DNA from: an uncultured Planctomycetaceae bacterium
Lineage (GTDB): Bacteria; Planctomycetota; Planctomycetia; Pirellulales; PALSA-1355
Reading direction: 5' to 3'
DNA: 64,000 nt
Assembly: GCA_963793635.1 (NCBI GenBank)
Contig: CAWCAX010000001.1
Coordinates: 212,699-276,698 of the forward strand
The notes under the pieces were generated by a model. That model saw only the letters and a list, made by a program, of their open reading frames with translations. It was not told the origin of the DNA and did not search any database. Positions 48,994 to 60,147 of the stretch are shown piece after piece. Every line of letters begins with the position of its first letter. Positions within the stretch are counted from its first letter, which is position 1. The position numbers and the translations under genes were made by a program.

Positions 48994-49042
48994 AAAAAAG
49001 GGGGTCAGAACTATTTATTAAATAGTTCTGACCCCCTTTTTT
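48994..49042. terminator. near-perfect 49-nt palindrome flanked by A-run and T-runs (bidirectional intrinsic-terminator-like)
   Basis: 'aaaaaagggggtcagaactattta t taaatagttctgaccccctttttt' is followed by 'ctcttttttcttttttcc'. Confidence 0.6.
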
Positions 49043-49360
49043 CTCTTTTTTCTTTTTTCCCGGCGGCTTGCACCACCGCTACACCCGCGCGGCTTGAAGC
49101 GCCCCTCGCTCTCTCCGCCCTCACACCGTGGAACAGAGATACCGTGCGCCGACGACCGAAAAACACTGTTTTTCATCGATCCACGCCACTTCTCACTTGA
49201 CGATCTTTGCCTCACGCGCTCGATTCTTGTTCTCCGCAACCTTGTCCAGCTTCACGGATTGAGTTTTCGGTAGGGACAGGCGAAGATCGGCCAGACACCA
49301 GCGAGCGAATTGGTGCAGTTCCTGCCCGATGTATGGAAGCGTGATGATGCCGACGCGCCG

Positions 49361-49634
49361 TCAGCCGCCACGGAACTCACGTAAGTGATTGGAAACGGCG
49401 CACGCCTCTTCAAAAAGCGGGCCACCCTCTACGCCCCAGTGGTCCAATCCTGCGCCCGATGCTCAATTCTGGTAAGGTGCCGTCTTGACGTACGCTCTCA
49501 CGGACGTTTTTTAGCAGCAACAGGATCGCGGCTTGGCTCTGCGGCGTCCAGCCGTTCGCCAACTCTTCCGTCGACAGCGGCTGCTCCAGCGACGCAATCA
49601 AATTGTCAAGCTCATTGAGAAGCTGGTGCCTCAT
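49361..49634 (-). CDS. small hypothetical protein (possible orphan immunity-type protein), one frameshift
   Basis: ORF 49410..49634 reads 'MRHQLLNELDNLIASLEQPLSTEELANGWTPQSQAAILLLLKNVRESV...'. A more protein-like tail, 'GLDHWGVEGGPLFEEACAVSNHLREF', follows in another frame down to the stop at 49361-49363. Confidence 0.3.
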
Positions 49635-49906
49635 GGTTAGTAACCTGTCCCTTCACCGAACTGGAACCCGTTGCGATCAATAATGAGCAAATCCAGACAC
49701 CCACAGTTTGGCTTTGTTGGTGGCCACGGCACCCAGCAGCCGTAACAAGAAACGCGTCTGACGGTAAAGAAGCGGCCCCCCGAGTTTGGCCGGCAAAAAA
49801 GTGGGTGTTTGAGTTTGGTCTGAGTTGGCCTGGCCTTCATGACTTGAAAATTGGTTGCGGCTGGTCAGCCCACGCGTCACCAGAGCGTCCGCACTCCGCG
49901 CGGCTG

Positions 49907-50314
49907 CTACTCCCTTTCGGCCTGCCGCTCGCTGCCGATGGCCACCGCGTAGGCCGTGGCGTGGCTGCGGCAGTGCGAAATGCTGACCAGGATCTGAACG
50001 ATCCCCATTTTTTCCACCACGTCGTGCGCGCCGCCGCGGAGCAAGACCACGGGCCGGCCCCCCGGTTCGTTGCGCACCTCGACGTCGCGCCAACTGATGC
50101 CCCGCCGCCAGCCGGTGCCCATCGCTTTGAGCACCGCCTCTTTCGCCGCCCAGCGGCCGGCAAAATGGGGCGTCGACAGCTTGCGACTTTGGCAATACTG
50201 GATCTCGTGCTCGGTATACACGCGGCTGATGAACTGCTCGGCGTGCCGTTCGATCATCTGCGCAATCCGCAGGCACTCGACAATGTCGGTGCCGATGCCA
50301 ACGATGTTGATCAT
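49907..50314 (-). CDS. acpS: holo-ACP synthase
   Basis: Intact 135-aa ORF with 'GIGTDIVECLRI', 'FAGRWAAKEAVLKAMGTG' and 'VSISHC'. Confidence 0.85.
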   Translation of the reverse strand: MINIVGIGTDIVECLRIAQMIERHAEQFISRVYTEHEIQYCQSRKLSTPHFAGRWAAKEAVLKAMGTGWRRGISWRDVEVRNEPGGRPVVLLRGGAHDVVEKMGIVQILVSISHCRSHATAYAVAIGSERQAERE

Positions 50315-50901
50315 GAAACCTCGGGCGTGGTGGTTGGGCCGCCCACGGGCGCGGCAGCCGGACGATCCCTGGCCGGATGGTCGTTTTCAGCGGAGATGAC
50401 TCTCAACTTCCAGGCAGTCACCATTGTGGCCGAGACGATGACCGCCAGCGCGTCCAAGCTCCATTGCCAGTGCCCGCGGCGCTGAATGTCGACGGCCAGA
50501 TCCGCCAACAAGCCGGGCGGGGGCATCTCGGCCGCCGCCAGACGCGCAAAAGCCGGCACACCAGGCCGGCTTTGCACATCCTGATAATTGCCGCGATGCT
50601 CGCGATGGGCCAGATATTCCTGCCCCAGCACGGCCAACGTTCCCCAGAGAACCGCCGCCAGCATTGCCCACCGCCGGCCGGGCCACTGGCTTTTGCGCAG
50701 CACGGCCACCAGGGCCAGGCCCAGCGCCAGGCCCACGCCGATCGGGAATAGCACTTCGGGGGCATGGCCGGTGAGCCGGATCTGAAAGGCCAGCCAAGCC
50801 GTGACCGCGCTTGCCAGCAGACTTCCACCGAGCCAGGCAACAAAGCTTTGCAGGCCCGAGAGCGAGGCGACATGCGGTTCGGGCGAGCTCATCGAATGCA
50901 C
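50311..50901 (-). CDS. membrane protein, hypothetical
   Basis: 196-aa ORF with several hydrophobic segments. Its stop overlaps the acpS start (ATGA). Confidence 0.5.
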   Translation of the reverse strand: MHSMSSPEPHVASLSGLQSFVAWLGGSLLASAVTAWLAFQIRLTGHAPEVLFPIGVGLALGLALVAVLRKSQWPGRRWAMLAAVLWGTLAVLGQEYLAHREHRGNYQDVQSRPGVPAFARLAAAEMPPPGLLADLAVDIQRRGHWQWSLDALAVIVSATMVTAWKLRVISAENDHPARDRPAAAPVGGPTTTPEVS

Positions 50902-50979
50902 TTGATTCTAAGGCTATGCCCGCACTCGGCGGGCGCTTGAATGCGCTCGGTTTGCAAAGTGCAGGCCACTGCCTCAATG

Positions 50980-51952
50980 CTAGCCGAACCGCACCAGCCC
51001 GCAAGCTGCGCTTGGCGCGATCCAGCACCGTGGCGGCCTTGCGTCGGGCCCGGGCGGCGCCGTCGGCCAGGATTTCTCGAATCCGCTCGGGCTGGGCCGC
51101 CAGTTCGGCCCGGCGTGCCCGGGGTTCGGCAAAGAACCGCTCGGCCGCGTCGGCCAGGGCCTTCTTGACTTCGCCATAGCCGAATCCGCCGCGGCGATAG
51201 AGGGCCGCCATTTGCTCGCGCTCCGTCGGCGTGGCCACCAGCGAATAAAGCTGGAACAAGTGGTCCGCCTCGGGCTCTTTGGGCTGTTCCATGGGCCGCG
51301 AGTCGGTGACGATCCGCATGATCTTCTTTCGCTGCGCCTTGGGATCTTCGAACAGCTCGAGCGTGTTGTTGTAGCTCTTCGACATCTTTTCGCCGTCCAG
51401 GCCCGGCACCTTGGCCGACGTGTCGAGCAGCTTGGCCTTGGGCAGGACGAAGGTCTGGCCGAAGTGATGGTTGAAGCTGCCTGCCAGGTCGCGGCAGACC
51501 TCGATGTGCTGCACCTGGTCGTCGCCGACCGGCACGGTGTCGGAGTCGTAAGCCAGAATGTCGGCCGCCATCAGCACCGGATAGGTGAACAGGCCGGCGT
51601 CGGCCGCGAGTCCCTTGTCCTTCTTGTCTTTGTAGGCGTGGCAGCGCTCCAGCAGGCCCATCGGCGTGCCGGTCATCAACAGCCAGCAGAGTTCCGAAAC
51701 CTCGGGCACGTCGGACTGCACGAACAGCACGGCCCGGCTGGGATCGAGCCCCAGGGCCAACAGATCGATCGCCGCATCGAGCGTCAACTCGGCCAGCCGC
51801 TGGGGGTCGCGCACGGTGGTCAGGGCGTGCAAGTTGGCGATGAAGTAATAGGCAGCTTGCTCTCCCTGCAGATCGATGTATTGGCGGATGGCGCCAAAAT
51901 AGTTGCCCCAATGAAAGCGGCCGGTGGGCTGGATGCCGGAAAGAACGCGCAT
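50980..51952 (-). CDS. trpS: tryptophan--tRNA ligase, probable frameshift at extreme C-terminus
   Basis: '[21 protein letters not shown]' and '[10 protein letters not shown]' are present. The main frame runs on without a stop into the next gene. A shift near 51000 gives '...GLVRFG*' ending at 50980. Confidence 0.9.
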
Positions 51953-52016
51953 AAGGCAGGGGCAAAAAGGAAAAAGATGAACTGCAAATCGCTGAGCATG
52001 AAACCGCGAACGAATT

Positions 52017-53012
52017 TTAAACGCTGAGCGTGCCGACCACATCCGCAAAGCGGCCGGCTCCCAGTTCCGCCAGCGCCGCCGGCAATTGGTCGAGGATGGT
52101 CATCGTGGCCGTAGGATTATAGAAGTTGGCGGTGCCGATTTGTACGGCGCTTGCTCCCGCGACGGCAAATTCCATCACATCGTCGATCGTGGCGATGCCG
52201 CCAATGCCGACCACCGGAATCTGCACCGCGCGGGCGACCTGATACACGGCCCGCAGGGCGATCGGTTTGATCGCCGGTCCGCTCAGCCCCCCCATCACAT
52301 TACCCAACAGCGGCCGCCGGCGTCGCCAGTCGACCGCCATTCCCAGGCAGGTGTTGATGACCGAGATCGCGTCGGCGCCGCCGTCGGCGGCGGCCTGGGC
52401 AATCGTCGCGATGTTGGCCACGTTGGGCGTGAGCTTGGCCAGGATCGGCCAGCGGCAAGCCGCCCGGGCACCGGCCACCACGCGGCGGCACATCGGGGCA
52501 TCGATGCCAAAATCGACTCCGCCGGAAACATTCGGGCAGGAGAGATTCAGCTCGATGGCGGCCAATCCGTCGGCGTCGTCCAGGCGCTGGGCCATGGCAA
52601 CAAATTCTTCGTAGTCGTGTCCGGCAATGCTCACCACGATCGGCACGCCGAGCGTGGCCAGGTAGGGCAGGTGGTGCTCGATGAAGGCCGCGATGCCGTC
52701 GTTGTCCAAGCCGATCGAATTGAGCATGCCGGCGGGTGTTTCCACGGTCCGCCAGGGCGCGTTGCCGGCCCGGGGCTGGGCGGTGATGGTCTTGGGAACG
52801 ATGGCTCCCAAGCGCGTCAGATCGACCAGGCCGGCCATCTCGCGGGCGTATCCAAAGGTGCCCGAGGCGACCATGATCGGATTAGGCAGCGCGAGCCGGC
52901 CCAGAAGAACCGCAAGATCGATGGTTGCCAAGGGCGTGCAAGCCTTTACGCGTGAGCGAACGATTGCGCCGCGCGCTCGACCGTGAATGCGGCGAGTCGC
53001 ACCAGCGCCCAA
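52017..53012 (-). CDS. pyrD: dihydroorotate dehydrogenase (class 1, catalytic subunit)
   Basis: '[12 protein letters not shown]', 'GAIVPKTIT', 'NSIGLDNDG', 'IELNLSCPN' and '[14 protein letters not shown]' are present and the ORF is intact. The real start is probably internal (a TTG near 52931). Confidence 0.85.
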   Translation of the reverse strand: MGAGATRRIHGRARGAIVRSRVKACTPLATIDLAVLLGRLALPNPIMVASGTFGYAREMAGLVDLTRLGAIVPKTITAQPRAGNAPWRTVETPAGMLNSIGLDNDGIAAFIEHHLPYLATLGVPIVVSIAGHDYEEFVAMAQRLDDADGLAAIELNLSCPNVSGGVDFGIDAPMCRRVVAGARAACRWPILAKLTPNVANIATIAQAAADGGADAISVINTCLGMAVDWRRRRPLLGNVMGGLSGPAIKPIALRAVYQVARAVQIPVVGIGGIATIDDVMEFAVAGASAVQIGTANFYNPTATMTILDQLPAALAELGAGRFADVVGTLSV

Positions 53013-53131
53013 TGTATCGCCCGGTCGGCTGGTCGACTACCAGCATCGGGTCGATCGGTTGGGTTCGACGCGTTTTTCGAGCGTGGCCTGCGGTGCCGCG
53101 CTGGGACCGAGCTTTCAAGGGAGGATTGAGG

Positions 53132-53350
53132 TTAGATCAAGCCGCCATGGGTTCGATAAGGGGTCAAGTGACTCGGCTGATCGAGGAACCAGATGCGCTG
53201 CCATTCCTCGACGATCATGCGCAAGTTTTCGGACGTGAAGATCAACTCCTGAGTCCGTAGCGCCGGATCGGGCGAATAGAGCGGCACGATGCAGCCCGTG
53301 CCGGCCCCGATCCAAAGTGCCAAGGTCGCAGCCAGAATTAGCCTGCGCAT
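53132..53350 (-). CDS. small lipoprotein, hypothetical
   Basis: 'MRRLILAATLALWIGAGTGC' is a lipobox-like signal, inside ORF 53132..53383. Confidence 0.5.
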   Translation of the reverse strand: MRRLILAATLALWIGAGTGCIVPLYSPDPALRTQELIFTSENLRMIVEEWQRIWFLDQPSHLTPYRTHGGLI

Positions 53351-53653
53351 CACACGACTCCTCCGTGAAACGTGATCTTGCACCGCTGTGCAACCCGGCA
53401 GCCGCGCGTCTTCCGTTGACGCACGGGTGTCGGTGTGGTCCCTAGCGAGACCTAAAATATGACCGCGAATTGACTTGATATCTTGAAGAGTTTGGGCCCG
53501 TTCAACCGGGCGGTCCTTAACGAGAACGTCGCTTTAGCGCCGAAAAGCGTCTCGAAGGATAATGACTTGAGCAACTTGCGCCGAGAGCAATCTCATTTTT
53601 GCGGTCCATGGGTCGCCGCAAGGCTCAAACTGCCCCGACGAGTCGACCGCAAG

Positions 53654-54055
53654 TTATCCGCTGTTGTTTTGTGTGCTGTAAGCCGAAGCGCTGCCGTGAC
53701 TTTCGTGCGTGGTGCCACCGCCAGCTTGCCCATCCGCACCCGAGGCCGCCCGGGCCGCCGCAGCGGCCGCTTGCCGCTCCAACTCACGAACGCGCTCTTC
53801 CATTTCCTTGCCCGGCTTGAAAGTCACGACGAATTTTTCGGGGACATAGACTTTGGCCCCGGTCCGCGGGTTGCGTGCTTTGCGAGCTGCACGTTTCTTG
53901 ACCTCGAAGACGCCGAAGTTTCGCAGCTCGATGCGGCGTTCTTCGACCAGCGTCTCGACAATGGCGTCGAAAGTCTTCTGGACGATCTCCTTGGTTTTGA
54001 GCTGAGTCAGCCCAATCTCGTCGGAAATGGTTTTGACGATCTCTTTCTTGGTCAC
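53654..54055 (-). CDS. HU/IHF-family DNA-binding protein with Ala/Gly/Ser-rich C-terminal extension
   Basis: '[18 protein letters not shown]...[45 protein letters not shown]'. GTG start with an AGGAGA 9 nt upstream. Confidence 0.85.
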   Translation of the reverse strand: MTKKEIVKTISDEIGLTQLKTKEIVQKTFDAIVETLVEERRIELRNFGVFEVKKRAARKARNPRTGAKVYVPEKFVVTFKPGKEMEERVRELERQAAAAAARAASGADGQAGGGTTHESHGSASAYSTQNNSG

Positions 54056-54134
54056 GACGCTGTTCTCCTGTGAGAAAGGCGGTGCCGCAAAGCGCCGGAA
54101 AAACCACGCCAGCGGCCAGCCCAGTCATGCTCCA

Positions 54135-54163
54135 AGTGTAGATGGCATAAGAACTACAGTCAA
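54135..54163 (-). promoter_or_regulatory. sigma70-like promoter candidate for the HU-family gene
   Basis: The minus strand reads TTGACT, a 17-nt spacer, then TACACT, about 80 nt upstream of the start codon. Confidence 0.35.
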
Positions 54164-54574
54164 GCTCAAATGGCATCTCCGGGCTGTAGGTTTGCGTCGT
54201 ATTGAGGGCTGTCCGCCGTCAAAACCGCACCCACCGCGGGAGAGGCCAATTTGATCCAAACTCAAATTTTCAAAGAACTTACAGCCTATGCAACCCTTCG
54301 CTGTATCCACCGCGCGTCCTAAACCAAGACGCCAAAGCATATTAAGAGTCGCCAGCCGCACCGTAGTGCCGACGCTTCCAGACTCTAGTCGCGTCGCCAG
54401 CGCTCTCGGGGCTTGCCCTTAGGTATCGACGGCATAACCGGCAAACTTGAACCAAGCGGAGAATATTGCCGCAGCTGCCAAAGACGGCGGAGCTTGCGCC
54501 ACAATGCCTGCATCGGGCCCCGCTTTCAGCCCGCGCGACAGCAGGCAGGCGATTGCCGTCCGGGCAGCCCAAGA

Positions 54575-54992
54575 TCAAACGCGGATCACGGAAAGCTGAT
54601 GCAGGATCTGCTCGGTCGGCACCACGGCTCCCTGGCCGCTGCCCGGACAGACTTCGCACGTGCGCTTCCAGGTTTCGGGGCTACGCAGATTGGATTCCCA
54701 GAACGGCCACGTGCGGCACTGCCGCGGCCGAGCGTCGTAGACCGTGCATTTGCGCGTTTGGCCGTCGAAAAACACGCAGTCGCCGTTTTCGAATTCGACC
54801 AGGGTCTTGCGGATGCCCACCGAGCGCACGTAGCGCTGTTCGAACTCGGACACCTCCAGATCCAGCTTGGCGGCCAGCGCGGTGATTTCCTCGCGATTGA
54901 CCCAAACATAGCCCGGGGCTCCCGGTGCAACAATCGCCGCATTGGCTGCACTCGAATCGCAACCCTTCGTGCCACCAAGGTTTGTCAGCCAT
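54575..54992 (-). CDS. YkgJ-family (UPF0153) cysteine-cluster protein, one frameshift
   Basis: 'FECSQCGDCCTG' (ORF 54681..54992) joins 'CVFFDGQTRKCTVYDARPRQCRTWPFW' (ORF 54575..54853). The shift is near 54925. Confidence 0.7.
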
Positions 54993-55044
54993 TACCTATC
55001 TCCTCAAACAAGCGGGCCACTCCTACCGCCCACCGGCGGACCCA

Positions 55045-56211
55045 TCAAACCGCGGCCGCCAAGTCCCGGATTGCCGCGAGTGCCCGCGTCGATCTCGTCG
55101 CTCGTGGTAAGCGGACCCAGGCTGAGCCGCACCGTGCCGCCGCGATCCAGCGTGCCGAGCAGCCGGTGCATGTGCGGCGCACAGTGCAGCCCCGGACGGA
55201 CCTGAACGCGGTGGGCCGCGTCGAGCGCGGCGGCGACCTCCTGGGGATCATAGCCCTCGATCGTCAGACTGACCAGTCCCACGGGCGCCGGCCGGCCGAC
55301 CGGGCCCAACAGGCGCACGCCGCGAATCTGGCCCAGACCCGAGACCAGTTGTTCGGTTCGTTCGCGCATTTGCCGCTCGATCGCTTCCAGGCCTATGCCG
55401 AGCAAGTATTCGACCCCGGCGCCCAGGCCGAGAATGCCCGGCACGTTCAGATTGCCGGACTCGTACTTGTCGGGCAGCGAATCCGGCTGCCGATCTTCGT
55501 CGCTGCGACTGCCGGTGCCGCCCTGTCGCACGGAGGCCAGTTGCGTTTCAAGTCCGGCGCGAATGTAGAGCAAACCAGTGCCCAGCGGGCCCAGCAGACC
55601 TTTGTGTCCCGAAGCGGCCAGCAGATCGAGGTCCAAATCCTCCACGTCGATCGGCAAGTGTCCGGCGGTTTGGGCGGCATCGACCAGCATCAGCGCGCCG
55701 GCGGCCCGGGCAATCCGCGTCAATTCGCCGATCGGCTGGACGACGCCGGTCACGTTCGACGCGTGCGTGAGTGCCACGAGCCGGGTGGGCGAACCGAGCG
55801 CGCGGCGCAGCGCGTCGGGCGTGACCACTCCGGCTACGTCGCAAGGCACACGAACCACCTCGATCAGGCCGCGGCGCTTCCAAATCGGCCAGCGGCCGCA
55901 GCACCGAGTTGTGCTCGGCGGCACTGGTCACGACGCGGTCTGCCGGGTCGCAACAGGCCGTGGATCGCCAGGTTGATCGCGTCGGTGCCGCTGTAGGTAA
56001 ACACCAACTGATTCGGCGTTCGCACGCCGAGCAATCGGCGCAGGCAGCGCGCACCGCGGCGACCCTGCGGGTCACTTCGGCGGCCTCGGCATAAGGGCTG
56101 CGGCCGGCGGCGGCGCCGAGCTGGCGCTGATAGTCGTCGACCGCAGCATAGACCGACTCCGGCTTCGGCCAACTCGTCGCGGCGTTATCGAGATAAATGC
56201 GAGGCTGCATA
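55045..56211 (-). CDS. class-V aminotransferase / cysteine desulfurase-like PLP enzyme, several frameshifts
   Basis: Blocks spread over three frames: 'MQPRIYLDNAATSWPKP', 'VFTYSGTDAINLAIHG', 'LVALTHASNVTGVVQPI', 'LMLVDAAQTAGHLPIDV' and 'ASGHKGLLGPLGTGLLY'. Confidence 0.8.
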
Positions 56212-56251
56212 CAAACGATCGCGCCAGGGCGAACTAGCGCACTGTGGGGCT

Positions 56252-59244
56252 TCACGTGACGACCAGCTCCTGGTTGCGCGCCGAGAGCAGATCGGCCGCC
56301 TCGGGCATCAGCCCGTAGGCCAGGGCCAGCAGCTTCAGCGGATGAATCGTCGGCTTTGTGCGTGCCCTGCTCCATTTGCAGTTTGCAGGTGCTGCACTCG
56401 GTGCTGCCGGCCTGCAACGCCGGATCGCGCACGCGGCCGATCAAATCGCCAGCCGGCGCGCAGGCTGGCCCGATAGTTCTCGCGCTTCAGCCCAAACGTG
56501 CCCGCCATGCCCGAGCAGCCGCTCTCGAACCGCCGCACGACCAGGCCGGGAATCAGCCGCAGCAGGTTCTCGCCGGGCGAGCCGACTGCAGGGCTTTCAA
56601 GTGGCAGGGCATGTGATAGCCGATCGTGGCGTTGACCGGCTGCAAGTCGAACTGCAAGTTGCCGGCCTGGTGCAGCTTCCAGAGATACGTGCAGGCCTCG
56701 CTGGTGTTTTCGGCCACCAGCCGCGGCGTCGTCGTCGTCGAGCAGCGCCGGATACTCGCGCACCAGCGCCAGCGCGGCCGAAGGTTCGGTGGCCACGATC
56801 GTGATATCCCTGGCGGACCGCTTCGGCCAGCAGCGCCACGTTGCGCGCGGCCAGACGCTTGGAACGGCCCAGAGCGCCGAGCGAGATCATCGGCATGCCC
56901 GACGAGCCTTGCCCCGGATGCACGTACACGGCGACGCCGTTGTGCTCCATCACCGCGACCAGGGCTTCGCCCAATTGCGGGTCGTGGTAGTTGGCGTAGG
57001 TGTCGACGAAGTACAGCACCTTGCGGCCGCTGCGGCGCGTCGATCGCGTCAGCCGGCGCCGAGCGGCCAGGCGCATGAAACTCCGCGGCGCAAACCGCGG
57101 CAGCTTGCGCCCCTGCGCCAGCCCGATCGTCTTTTCCATCAGCCAACGCGCCGGGCGATTGGCCAGGGCCCAATTGGCCAGCGGCCAGAGCAAGCTGCCC
57201 CAGGCGCAGAGCCAATCGATGCGCGACATGGCCCAGTCCGAGGTCGACAGACCGTTGACTGGCACGAAGGCCCCTTTGCCTTCGATCATCAATCGCGGAA
57301 TGTCGACGCTGGCCGGACATTCCAGCCGGCACATCTGGCAGTTGACGCACAGATCGGCCACGCCCTTGAATTCGTCCTTGGTCAGCGTGGCCGGATCGAG
57401 CTGGCCGGTCAGGATCGCCCGCATCAGATTGGCCTTGGCCCGCGGCGAACTCTCCTCGGCCGGCGCCAGGCGAAAGATCGGGCACATCCGCTCCGTCTTT
57501 GAGTTGCGTGCGGCAGGCGCCGCAGCCGTTGCAATCGCGGGCCGTGCGGCACCACCTCGGGCAAGGTCCAGCGGAGTTGCAGGTGGATCGGCGAATGACG
57601 CGGCCGGCAGCCGATTCGGTTCGGCGGCCGGATTCTCGGCCGGCGGCGCGGACGACGGCAGTCAGCGGCCGCAAATTGCTGGTCAGCGCACAGCGGATCG
57701 CCTTGCACCACCTTGCCCGGGTTGAACGTGTTCTGCGGGATCGAAGATCCGTTTGACTTCGACGAACACGTCGGCCAGCGGGCCGTATTGCTGGCGAATG
57801 AAAGCCGTGCGGCTCAGGCCGTCGGCATGCTCGCCGCTGATCGTGCCGCCCACGTCGAGCACTTCGCTATACAGTATCGGCGGCCAGCGGAGCCATCTTG
57901 GCCACGTCGGCCGGATCGCTCAGATCGAGGAACGGCCGAATGTGAATCTGGCCGTGGCCGGCATGGGCAAACAGCGAAGCGGTCACCTCGTGCTGTTTGA
58001 GCACGTTCTGCATCCGCACCAGGAAGTCGGGCAGCGTCTCGCGGCGGCACGGCCAGGTCTTCGATGAACGGCATCGGCCGCGTCGAGCCCTTCATGCGAT
58101 ACAGCGTCGGCACCGACTTTTTGCGCCAGCTGCCAGTACAGTTCCATCTCCGCCGCGGTCTTGGGTCTGCAGGGCGTGGAACGCCAGCCGCTTCTTGCGC
58201 CGCACCCGATCGATCATCTGCAGCAGCCGATCGCGGACCTCGAACATGCGTGTCGCCTTCGAACTCGACCAGCAGCACGGCTTCGGTCGTCGGCCGGGAT
58301 CAACAGGTCGAAATGCACGATGCTCTCGCGGGCCAGGCTCAAGTGCCGGCGATCCATCAGGTCGCAGGCGCTCGGGCCCAGCGGCACGATTTCCTGCACC
58401 GCCTTGGCCGCGCTCTCCAGGCGATCGAACATCAGCAGCGCCACGCCGCGATGTTTCGGCAAGGGCTGCGTGGCCACGACCGCTTCGGTGATCAGGGCCA
58501 GCGTTCCTTCGGAGCCGACGACCAGCTTGGCCAAATCCAGATGACCGTCGGCCAGCACGTCGGTCAATTGGTAGCCGGAGCGATTGACCAGGCTCTGCGG
58601 CTGATGGCGATCGATCGTCGGCTGTCTCGCGCAGAATCAATTCGGCCAGTTGCGTCACCAGCCGGCCGCGGCGCGACTGCGCATCGAAATGGTCGCCCGA
58701 GAGCGGCTCGCGGCCGACTTCGATCACCTGGCCGTCGGCCAGCACGAGTTGCAGGCTGCTGCACGTGCCGCCGGGCCGAGCCGTATTTCAGCCAATGGCT
58801 GCCGCCGGCATCGATGGCCAGCACGCTGCCCATCGTGGTCACCGACGACATCGCCGGATCGGGGCCGAATTGCCGGCCTTGCGGCTTCAGATGCTCGTTC
58901 AGCCGGGCATGCACGACGCCGGGTTGAACGCGGACACTGTCGCCGCCCGTATCCTGGATCCGCCGCATGTAGCGAGAAAAATCGACCACCAGTCCGCGTC
59001 CCAGCGACTCGCCGGCCAGGCCGGTGCCGGCGCCGCGGGGATGGATCGGCAGTTTGTTTTCGCCGGCGTAGCGCACCACCGCCACCACGTCGGCCAGCGA
59101 ACGCGGCCGCACCACCGCCAGCGGACGGATCTGGAAAATGCTGGCGTCGCTGGCGTAGAGCTGCGTGAAGACGTCGTCGCAATGCACGTCCCCTTTGATC
59201 AGCCCTCGCAGGTCGTCTTTGATCCGCTGGCGTTCTTGATCCAT
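56252..59244 (-). CDS. fused FAD-linked oxidase (GlcD-like) and Fe-S/CCG-domain (GlcF-like) oxidoreductase, reading frame broken many times
   Basis: N-terminal FAD-binding blocks are 'PLAVVRPRSLADVVAVVRYAGENKLPIHPRGAGTGLAGE'. The middle has 'GSEGTLALITEAV' and 'HAGHGQIH'. The C-terminal part has 'CVNCQMCRLECP' and the CCG-type 'KVLYFVDTYANYHDP' and 'GCSGMAGTFG'. Confidence 0.8.
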
Positions 59245-59247
59245 GAG

Positions 59248-59751
59248 TTAGTGCTGACTGCCGGCCGTCCGCGCAAGTTGTTGGCGATGCCGCTCGTGCG
59301 TTTCCAGACTGAAGGCGCCGTGCCGCTCTTGCCCCGGGACCGAACGATATTGGGCATTGCAGCGATAGCACATCAACGCGTCGGGCACGATGAGATACAG
59401 CGCGACGTCGGCCAGCGCCGTGCCGACCAATATGGCAAACGTCCATAGCGGCAGGCCAAAGCCCCAGGCAATCGAGCTGCCGACAATGCCCGCGGCGACC
59501 AGACCGACTCCCAGTCGCTGAGGAAAATCCTTGCGGATAAATAAATCCCTGCTCGGACAAACCAGGCACCGGGTCAGCGTTTCCCCTTCGAAAGCGCCCG
59601 CCGGAAAGCCGATTGGCTGCGAGCAATGGGGGCAGACGAGTTGGGTGTCGCCCGGCTCGACATTCAGTCGGGCCGACCGATCGCAACGGGGACAGCAAAA
59701 CGTGACGTTCAAGGGAACCTCGAAATAAACTGACGAGCCACGTTGGCACAC
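59248..59751 (-). CDS. zinc-ribbon membrane protein, hypothetical
   Basis: The Cys pairs 'CCPRC...CPHC' and 'CLVCPS...CYRC' flank two hydrophobic segments. Confidence 0.5.
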   Translation of the reverse strand: MCQRGSSVYFEVPLNVTFCCPRCDRSARLNVEPGDTQLVCPHCSQPIGFPAGAFEGETLTRCLVCPSRDLFIRKDFPQRLGVGLVAAGIVGSSIAWGFGLPLWTFAILVGTALADVALYLIVPDALMCYRCNAQYRSVPGQERHGAFSLETHERHRQQLARTAGSQH

Positions 59752-60147
59752 GGAGAGCCTACCCCAAGTACCGCCGGAGACTGTCCCCTTCTCCGTGCCA
59801 GGTACGCGGATCGGTTCTGATCTTATTCAAGCGATTGGGCGTATCGCTCCATCATACGGCACCCGACGGGCTTAATGAATGCCCCGGCAGAGCCCCCGCG
59901 GGCCAGAGCATGGCCCAGCAGATATTTGCCTTCCGATCGCAAATGGGGATAATTCCGGTATGGAGAGAATGTTGTGTGAGGCTATGAGAGCCTTTGCGGG
60001 CGGAATTGCGGCCAGCGAAGGCTTTTTTCGTGCGCGCAGGCGGGCAATGTTTTCGCGCAGGCGGCCAATGTTTTTTCTTCTTCGGGCCGTGCATTTTCGG
60101 AACTGCTGTCCTTGAATTGTCAACATTGCATCTGGGGAGGATGACCC

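Noticed and set aside
48755-49239. Small ORFs 48755..49021(+) and 49018..49239(-) ending or starting with 'KKGVRTIY'
   Set aside because: The shared peptide is the translation of the two arms of the palindromic repeat. The remainder is low-complexity and AT-rich, so they are not credible genes.
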